From positions 30,246,213 through 30,310,212 of the forward strand of contig OZ234493.1 of assembly GCA_965153455.1 (NCBI GenBank): a DNA stretch of 64,000 bases, in the 5' to 3' direction. Source of the stretch: Sphagnum compactum. Taxonomy: Eukaryota. Of this stretch, positions 54,801 to 64,000 are shown one piece after another. Position 1 is the first letter of the stretch; each line of letters starts with the position of its first letter. The position numbers and the translations under genes are program-made. Below the pieces are notes generated by a model. That model searched no databases. It saw nothing but the letters and a program-made list of their open reading frames with translations, and was not told the origin of the DNA.

Positions 54801-57089
54801 GCTTCAAAAACCTCAAAAAGCTTGTGTCAATTGGTGTTACAAAAGGATTGTTAAAACTAGTTACAATGCTAAGAGAATCCTTTTGGACATGCAAAAATTC
54901 TCTGAAACACTTCAAACTTTACAAGTTTTATTAATAGATATTAAATGATAGTACATGAAAAGATTTCCATTTCACAATAAATTTTCACATGATTTGTTTC
55001 CATTTATACAATTTTTAGGATTAATTTCAATGATAATGGGTTGTGTTTTTGTGATTGCACCTAATATTGTCATTACTACAAAATATTGTTTTTATTAGAC
55101 AATTATATTATACACATGGCAAATGTGACACCCGCATGAAATTGTCCAATTTGACTATTGTGACTAATTATCCGAATATGACAACTTATGACTATCATGC
55201 TACTTTTGATGATGTGGTAACATTAAAATTGAAATATATAATTTTTTTAATTACTAAAAAAAATGAGACTATAACATAAATCTCAAGTTCTTAATTGTTG
55301 CTTATAATAATCAAGCTAGTAAGTAAAGTAGTTTTTTTTTTTTTTAAAATTATCACATTGATACTTCCGAAACCATGGCGCCTTCTATTGCATTATTTGT
55401 ACCATTGGACTTTGAATGAATATGGCCAAGTGGGAGAAAATGAAATGTGTTTTGGGTGCATCGAATTTTTGGACCTATGGTGCAAAATTATTGAACAATA
55501 ATTCTAATATTGAAAATTAAATTTTTTGGTGATAATGAAAATTGAAGAATAGTCTTAGGCTAAATAGTTTGAATGTACTCTTGGTGTTGTTAGAAAGCTC
55601 TCAATGACTAAAATTTATTGGTGGTGGTTTCATAAATATTAAACCCAAGGTGTAAGAGATATTGAATTTTAAGTAATTTTATATTTGAAAATTCAATGAC
55701 AAATAAAAAAATGATTTTTAGTGAAGACGAATTTTTAATTTCAGACTTAAGCTAAAGAATTTGGGGTAAACTTTTGGTGTTTTTGGAAATCTTTCAATGA
55801 ATAGGATTTAATGGATGTTGTTTTATAATTTTTAGACCTAGGATGCATAAGATATTGAATTTTGAATAAATTATGTTTGTCATTAAAATTTTACTAACAA
55901 ATGAAATCTTAATTTTTAATGAAAATGAAAGTTGGATTTTGGACTTAGGCTAAAAAAATTGGGGCACACTCTTAGTGTTGTTGGGAAAACCTCATGAAGA
56001 GGATTCAATGGAGATGTTTTGTAATTTTTGGACCTAAGCTGTAACAAATAGCGAGTTTTGAATATAACATTTCATTGGAAATCTAGTAACAAATGAATTT
56101 TTTAAAGCCTACATACATAATAATAATAATAACAATGACATTAAAGACATTTTCAATCAACTTCATTATGAAATGTATTGACATTTGATTACATTAAATT
56201 ATATATGTGTATTTCACATGTGGAATCGATTTCATATAAAATTACAAGATTAAATCACTTTCATAAGAAAATATTACATTTGAGTTTTTGAAATACATTT
56301 TAAAAATTAATTTAATGTTTATATGTATTTGGATTAGTGTATTTCATTTGGGTTGAAAAATGTGGGTGACACGGCCACTACTTCATCTACCGTGGAGGCA
56401 AAATGGCTAATAATGCATGTATATAAATGTCAAAACTAGTGGCACCTTCATAAAACCACAAGAATGGTTATGGCTACTTCTTGCAAACTAGCATCTAAAG
56501 GTTTGGTGATTAATTTTTAAATGTTCAGCTTTCATTGGCTATTTCAAAAAGTTCATTGTGTGTATATTGGCGATAATATTTATGAAATGTCAATTTTATT
56601 GGCGATTTGTGAATCTTGAATTGAAATTATGCTACCTAAACACAAATTTACAAGTTATAATGCATCAAAATCACATACAAACCTATACTAAACAATGATG
56701 AATCATGATAGAAAAGTTAAATGGATGACTTTTGGGAGAATTGAACCCCAATCTAAAAGGACCTTGCACTTTGCAACATAAGCATCTTGCCTAAATAAAC
56801 ACACAAAATGTTCGTTAAAGTCCAAATTTCACATAACATACAAAACTCCAAATTGGATAATAGTCATGTGACATCCCTCATCAACTTACCAGAATTATAA
56901 AACCCAAATAAAATGGCAGACCACCAATTGCGCGAAGAATTTATTAGCTATGCATTATAACTATAATGTGCACAAGTTTATGTTCCCAATATTGATCTTT
57001 GATTTGTGAAACAAAAATTGCCTTCAATGCCATACTGCCAATCTACCACTGCAAACAAAACTTGCACAAAAATGCTAGAAATGTAAACT

Positions 57090-58480
57090 TCAAGCATTAA
57101 TATTATAACAAACCTTCTTTTCCCTCAAGGCAACTATGGCCTTGGTATAAGGAAAAGACTCAAGGTTGTAAAAGTCTTGTGAAGACATTCTCACACACAC
57201 ATCAAGATGGGTGATGAGACGATTATAGAATTTGCCCTTCATGAAAAACAAAGTGCTAAAACAACGTTCATTTTCAACAAATCCCAAAACTTGGCACATA
57301 GCAAATTTGGCAAGCTTCACATACTCAAATATGCCCAAAATGAGCACCTTAAAACCTAATATAATTAGCCACATGCGCCTTAAATGGTTGCACTCTTTGT
57401 TATCTTTCTTCAAGATTTTAGAAGCATTATGGAACATGGTTGTTTTAAACAAAGAAGCTTGAGATTCAAGCTTCAACTTTTCAAGTGGAGCAACCACCAA
57501 CAACTTAGAATTAAAAGTTCTTTGTGGCACATAATAGAAAGACATGATGACCTCCAAGTGCAGAGGAAATGATGCCTCAAAACCTGTAGCAACCCAATAG
57601 TGTGGATAGACCATCCCCAAAGCATTCATCAACTCTCGACTTGGGAAGCACTAGTTTAGTTCATTTGAAAGTGCATCAGTTGTTTCAAAGCATTACAACT
57701 GAACAAAACCACAAATGCTAAAAAACAAAGTAATGTTCAAAGGTAAAGCAACCCTAGCTATCTAATCCCAAGAATGAACTAGAATAGTGTGACAATTGAA
57801 CTTTGTAGCACAACAATCATCATCAATGGTGGGGGACTTAATGAAAAGCAAAGGCACACATGATGTTTTCCAACCAAGAGGCTATGGAATGCATTAAAAG
57901 CTTCATATTTGAATTACATTTTAAATCAATGTAGAGTTCATATAATTTTGTTCTACACATCTTGACTTCCTCAACAAAACCACAAGTGTATACATCCCTC
58001 CCTTGAGCATATTTGATCAAAGTGTGAACCAACTTAAGAAATAGTAAAATGTAATGGAGCCCAAGAATTAGTTCCAAATCCAATAGCTTTTGCAAATTGG
58101 ATCTTGCAACTCAATATGATCTTTTGACATCTTTGCAATGATGGTCTTGTATTCAAGCACAACCTGCTTGCATGGAAACAACATGGAAATCCAATGGGTT
58201 TTAACATTTCGCAAGATTTTGTTACCTTTGGTGTACAAAAAAGTTGCAAACTTCTACAACTCAAGCACTATCTTGAGATTTCTTACAAAAAAGAATGAAG
58301 GGATTGCAACAAATCTTCTAGGCAATGCATTATGGATAGAGAAAAAAAGGTTTGAATGGTCAAATTTGTATGATGTGCACAACAATGTGCTACCACCAAA
58401 TAAGGAACCAATTGCCCATTGTTGTTGTTGTTGCACAACTGCAACATCTCAATTCTCCAAATTAAATCAACAATTATGAT
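57090..58480 (-). mobile_element. Decayed hAT-like transposase remnant
   Basis: Broken frames ending in AMCQVLGFVENERCFSTLFFMKGKFYNRLITHLDVCVRM, which resembles the hAT C-terminal dimerisation motif (ER.FS...K...RNRL). Confidence 0.65.
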
Positions 58481-59794
58481 TTTGCCATTACAAGTCGCAT
58501 ATCAAGATCATGATTCACAAATCTCAGTGTTGAACCCTAAATGATACAATACCTTACTATCCAACTTGTTGCATCAAAACTGAGTAGTGAGCAATGAGCA
58601 TCAAATGACATCTTGATTTTAAAGTGTCGAATCCTGAATCTCAAACTGTCAATGGTCCTTACATTGTGCACATTCAAACGCAAACATTGAAAGCTAAAAC
58701 AGCAACCTTCGATGATAGGTTGTAAGTTGTAAACATTGAAACCATGTTGGTCATTGCTCATAAACCTCATAGTGACTATTGAAAAATCAAAGATTGGAAG
58801 GCGAGAGCTAGCTGAACAACCTCTTACAATGAAATGGTATGTTGGCGAATGCTTGTGTTAAAGTGAAGAAAAGGCAGTGAAAGCAAAAACAAGTTGTTTT
58901 GATGATGGTGACCCTTGTCATTACTCAAATGCTTATTGGTGAGAGGAATGACATCCATCATTCGATGTGGCAATTTTGTATTATTAATCAATTGTTGAGA
59001 TGGCTACAACCCTAAACCTAATAGGAGCAAGATGACAAAAGCAATAACATTTCGTTGCTAGATCTAGTTATTTTGAGCCTTTTTTTTTCCAAAGAAATTA
59101 CATTACAAAATCACTAGCTTTGTCGGCATGTTGGGAAGTGACTATAAATTGTCAAAAAAAAAATTCATTGATTTGGATGTCAATGTTTTTCACCACGTGA
59201 TGTTGTGGTTGGATGATTAAGACTTTGTTGTATGCCAAGAAGGTGGAGAGTTTGATCCCGTCTTGTGTCATATGTTAAAAAGTTGACACATGGCATATTA
59301 TAACAATTAAAAAAATGAGAACCAAATGGAGAATTAGTCATGTGTTTTATGACCATTGGTAGTCTAGTTTGAGAATATATAAATTTGGTGATCTCATGAC
59401 AATCCAACAAATCATACTTGTGATATATATATATATATATTGGGTCATGGAAGATGTTAAGTCAACTTGACCTTTTTTAGACATGTTTTAGTCATTTTAG
59501 TCATTCAAACTCAATCGAGTTTATGGCATAAATGACTAGTCTATTTTAATTGTAGCCAAAATTCTCCACTGTGCATTTTGGCTACAATTTGAGTAGACTA
59601 TTTGAAACCCCCCAAATTCAGCCCTAACTACTGTGCTTTCGCCCTTGTCCCCTCTTACAGTGGTATCCGCAAAGTAAGGAAATTTTGTTAAATCTCGGTA
59701 TGAAATGCTGAAACTCAGCATTTAATGCACAAGGTTGTAAAGTAATTATAGTAGTTGTACAGTGAATATATATATGGCAGGCGCTCAGGAAAAA

Positions 59795-60123
59795 GGAAAC
59801 ACAGGATGAAACGCAGTTTACCACCAAAATTGGTGGAAAAACTAGTTTGGGTCCCAATTATTTCCTTTTGTAAAATTTTCATTCCCAGTTATGGCCTATT
59901 ATGCCCAAACTGGTCGTTCTTGCCCTCCTAATCGCCTGACTTTACGGATAACTCTAAATGGAAACACAGGATGAAACTCAGTTTACCACCAAAATTGGTG
60001 GAAAAACTAGTTTGGGTCCCAGTTATTTCCTTTTGTAAAATTTTCATTCCCAGTTATGGCCTATTATGCCCAAACCGGTCATTCTCGCCCCCCCTAATCG
60101 CCTGACTTTACGGATAACTCTAA
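59795..60123 (+). repeat. 165-bp tandem duplication
   Basis: ggaaacacaggatgaaac...ttacggataactctaa starts at 59795 and 59960; the two copies are near-identical. Confidence 0.92.
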
Positions 60124-60749
60124 TGTCCCACCTTCGTCAAAAAAAGGAACTGGAACCAAACCAGAACTGGTCCCATGAGAGACGTTAGAAATCAGAACCA
60201 CGAGTTCCTCCTAGAACCCAGGAACCTATGTTGCAAGAGTTGTTGCATATCGAACAATTTTGTCATTGAAAATTCAATAAAACCAAAACAAACAATTGTA
60301 GGTAATTGTGAGAGGGGGGGCCACTTTTGGTATTGTTTGAAAGTGCGGAAGGATTTTATGTAGGTAACTTTGTGAAGTGCAAGAGATATTTGAGTAATCT
60401 TTGTAATTGGAAACTCAATATGTATTCAAATTTCAAATTCAATTAGTTGGTCACTAAGTTCACACTCGGGCCAATGGCACAAGCAACACTGGATCTCTTG
60501 ATGATGGCTAAATCATTTCAAGACTGCCTCTTACAATCATCTTTTATACATACCTCATAAGCAGAGTTGCAAGAAAGATGTTGTATTTATGTCTCTATCA
60601 AAGCATTATAAAAATACCCAATTGATCAAAATTTGGCACCTGGCCCTTTGCTACCTACCTCAAACATCATATGTACTGCCTAATGCTCAAATATGCCAAA
60701 AGAATTGTAGCACTGTTTCCAAACCAGGTGCAAATTGACATGTTACATA

Positions 60750-63700
60750 CTAGAGTGTAGTCCAATCAATCATCAGTAGCATCACATAAAGACTGATGTT
60801 GAGCCCTGCTAAACTGACAATAGGGGCCAAAATCTGTATGATCTTCACTGATAAAGGATGGGCCTTCCGGCTAACAGAGCGCAAAATAGTACTTGGGGAT
60901 GGTGATAACCTGTTTGTGTCCATGGGTAGCTTCAGAATTGTATCCACATGCAGTTCATGACCTGTTCTTCTTGCCACTGTGCCCCTGCATGAAATAAAGG
61001 TCTCATTTTAAGACCCCTGCTAAAAATAAATTTAAAAAAAATAAAAATAAAACCGATGCTTTTTTTCCTAAAATGTAAGTACTCTCCACAACAATTTGAA
61101 GGTAATGGGCAATGAGTGCAGACAGAACCTTATGAGAGTTCACCCACAAAGTTTTAGACCATCGCCTTTGTCATGAATAACAGTGACAAGCTGCCATGAC
61201 TACCCACTGACTTTATTATGTCCCAACAGTGGGTGTATATATAAGTATATAATAATCAGCCCAAAATCTGGGCAACCCAAAATCTTCATCCTGAGTTTCA
61301 GTTGCATTCCCAGAAGCAACAGGAAGACTCGGTCATGATGTTGGCTAGCACTCAAGAGACATAGCTAATCAAACAAAAAACTCAATAGTATTGTCATTTA
61401 GCACAATACGGAAGAAGCTGCTGTTGACAATTTAATACAGAGGAAAATGGAAGACTTGAATTGGAAATCCTCAAACTGGAGCAAGAACTCTGCAAAAAAT
61501 TTCAACATGTGGACACAATAGAAAAGTATGGAACAATGATTTTTCTTACCGCGTGGCTGAGGTTTTACTAGATCCAATGGGAACTGCAGGAGTCTTGGGT
61601 CCCTTGTTGATTAGATGCATGCCACCCTCCGCATCCCACACCATCTCCCATTCTGCATCTTCATCTTTTGCTTTCAACCCAGAACCTGAGCGTATATTCA
61701 TCAGCATAGCTATGAACTTTTGGGTGCCATTAAGCAGTAGTCCTCTGGCTGGCCAAAGAAGGATGGCCAGAATTGTGATGATCAATAATATCCCATACCT
61801 GCACATCGAACAGGAGATTGATTGATATTGAAGCAGACAATATCCATTCAGCACCGCCTGTTGTAGCCTGGCCACATACTGCCCTGTCTCATCCAAGTTT
61901 GAAGATTGTGGTAAAACCCAATGAAAAATCAATTCTCTCTACTTGGGAAGGTGAAATACCAGATGTATACTGCAATCTGCACAGGAAGGAAGCACAGATG
62001 AGAGGCAACAACTGCCTCAGGAGAAGGAGAGTTTTGCGCATCATGTGCAATGGAAAGCAACATCATTGAAGGATACAAGTTGCCTTGTTGCCAACTGAAG
62101 CTTCCCACTGTGTACTACTCCCATCCCCAAACACACATATGACACAACTTTCATCTTGTATTTCACCAATTTGGATCCACTTCATGAACATGTCTCCACA
62201 GTAACACTTTGAAGGTAACCAGTATGTCAGTAAAAGAAAACAGGACACATATTAAGCACATCCATAACCTTGTGAGTGCCTCTCAAAAAGTTTCAGATGA
62301 TCACCCAAGGAGGAATATTGGCAGGATTACACAGACAAAAGAATCCTAGACTTAGTTTTCAATGAAACAAAAAGTGGTGAGTACCTCAGGAAATGATCCT
62401 TGTGTGGTCTCATGAACATGGTAGCACTGATCATGGTCATGTCCTGACAATACCATCACCTGTCCAGAGCCTACCAGAAAAATTATTGGATTGAAATGAC
62501 CATGGTTTTTTTAATCTGTGAAACAAATCAAAACAGAAGAAAAACTGCAACAGTTTTCTTGTCAGTTTGATTTGTACAGACTTACAGGTTTTATGGCATC
62601 TAGAAGCCTTGTAGATGATGGCTCTGTCAAGTAGTTCTGGTACCTGAGTTATGATCCAAGCACAAGATTAACATCAGGATGATTTTCTCCTGCCCAGCTT
62701 CATGTAAGAGAAGCCATATAATGATAACTGCCCAGCTAGACAGAAGAGATTAACCCCAAAACTGAGATTTTGAATGGTTGTCAATTGTCATCAACAAGCA
62801 ATGAGAGTAAGGATACAATTCCGGACTCACGAGATTTGGAATGGTTGAGATTGCATGCTTCGAACCCTCTGCACCCATCTCAAGCACAGAAAATTACTAA
62901 GGATTGTTCTGTCTAGAGGCCAGTAACTCTGAGATGATTGATGAAGGTTTTTGTAAAATTAGAAAAGCACAGGTGTCATGATGACCTGGTTGATCACAGG
63001 AGAAGCCCGGTTGGCCCCACATGGAGTGTCATCAGGTCGATATAGTGGAATATGTGTCACAAGCACCCTTGGCAAAGGATTCTTCTCTGCACAAACATTG
63101 CAAAGATAAGCAACTCTTAACTGAGACATGGAAACCCATAGTCTGGATAGCTGCCTGAAGACTCAATGACCACATTTCCCCAAGCTCCTGTTCCCCAAAG
63201 TAGAGAGAGAGAATTACCTTTGCTGATTTCTTGGATGAAGCTCCAAGAGCTGTTGGCTACATCTGCAACTGCTGCTGCAAAAGCCAGTTGAGCTGGTTGC
63301 TATATTAATCAGAGAGTTCTCTGGATCTAGACTTTGATACATAAACTTCTTGCCAAGTATTAGAGCATGTGAAAACAGTTTGAAGGAATATGGAAGCAAA
63401 AACTACCATCACTGGGAAAGCAATTAAACACAACCAGAGAAATGGGGCAGGCTTCACCATCAAGGACTTGAGCGTCAACAAAAACAAACTCAACACCTCC
63501 GATTTTGATTCTGTAGTCTAATCCACCAAACACCTGTTTGTAACGTGCCACCACCTACACACAGCCCTGAGTTCATCCTGTCAACATCTTGACCTGATTT
63601 TGCATCAACTCAAATGGTAGTACACAAGCACCTTCCATTATGGGTGACAAGAGAAAATCCTTAACCTCAGGAATTTGGGTTTGCACAGCTTCATAGCCCA

Positions 63701-64000
63701 GATCATGGTTGCCAGGGAGTGTATGCATTGGAATCTCTTTCCGACCTCTGTCCTTGATTGCTCCTTGTGATTGATCAAATATATGTCTAAAGCGCTCCAA
63801 GGACTCTTGCCATCTGCAGTTAGAAGCAAAAAGAAAATCAACACAGAAAAGCAACAAGTCAAGCCTGGATATTTCTTTTCAAAACAAAAGCAGAAGCTCC
63901 AGCAAAAAACGACCACGCACTCTTTTGGAGAGAGGAAAGGGCCACCATCAAACAAGTCACCCAAAAACACAATCTGTTCTGGCTCCAAGCCCAACACTGA
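60750..64000 (-). CDS. CDC1/MPPE1-like calcineurin-like metallophosphoesterase with C-terminal TM segments; 5' part beyond the right edge
   Basis: Spliced exons (e.g. >63997-63921, 63813-63666, 63554-63458) give FLGDLFDGG, LPGNHDLGY, THIPLYRPDDTPCG, VLSGHDHDQC, VGSFSWQQGN and EWEMVWDAEGGMHL. Stop at 60750. Confidence 0.9.
61087..61361 (-). repeat. Dispersed ~280-bp repeat, copy 2 (intronic)
   Basis: Homologous to 22107-22388. A partial third copy lies near 62210-62305. Confidence 0.8.

Overview
Eukaryotic plant genomic DNA. The AT-rich repeat-laden intergenic sequence and compact spliced genes suggest a bryophyte such as Sphagnum (inference, not verified). Host genes: a long-chain-base (sphingosine) kinase, LCBK1-like (minus, runs off the left edge); a REF/SRPP (LDAP)-like lipid-droplet protein (minus); SEC61 gamma (plus); and a CDC1/MPPE1-like metallophosphoesterase (minus, enters from the right edge). 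A disabled helical-repeat gene lies at about 27-28 kb. Mobile DNA: a complete Lemi1/pogo-type element with perfect 24-bp TIRs and TA target duplications, a decayed hAT, several minisatellites and a solo non-autonomous Helitron. The most striking structure is an ~12-kb nested Helitron cluster (35.07-47.5 kb). Removing inner blocks reconstitutes Helitron-type 5' ends, which suggests repeated insertion within the first 5-12 nt of other Helitrons. The cluster holds a near-intact 4-exon RepHel gene with 7 STPR-like 23-aa N-terminal repeats, an intron-containing fragment of an STY/ACT-domain kinase gene, several internal 3' terminators, CTCG-ending variants and G-quadruplex-rich internal arrays. All coordinates were read by eye and may be off by a few bases.
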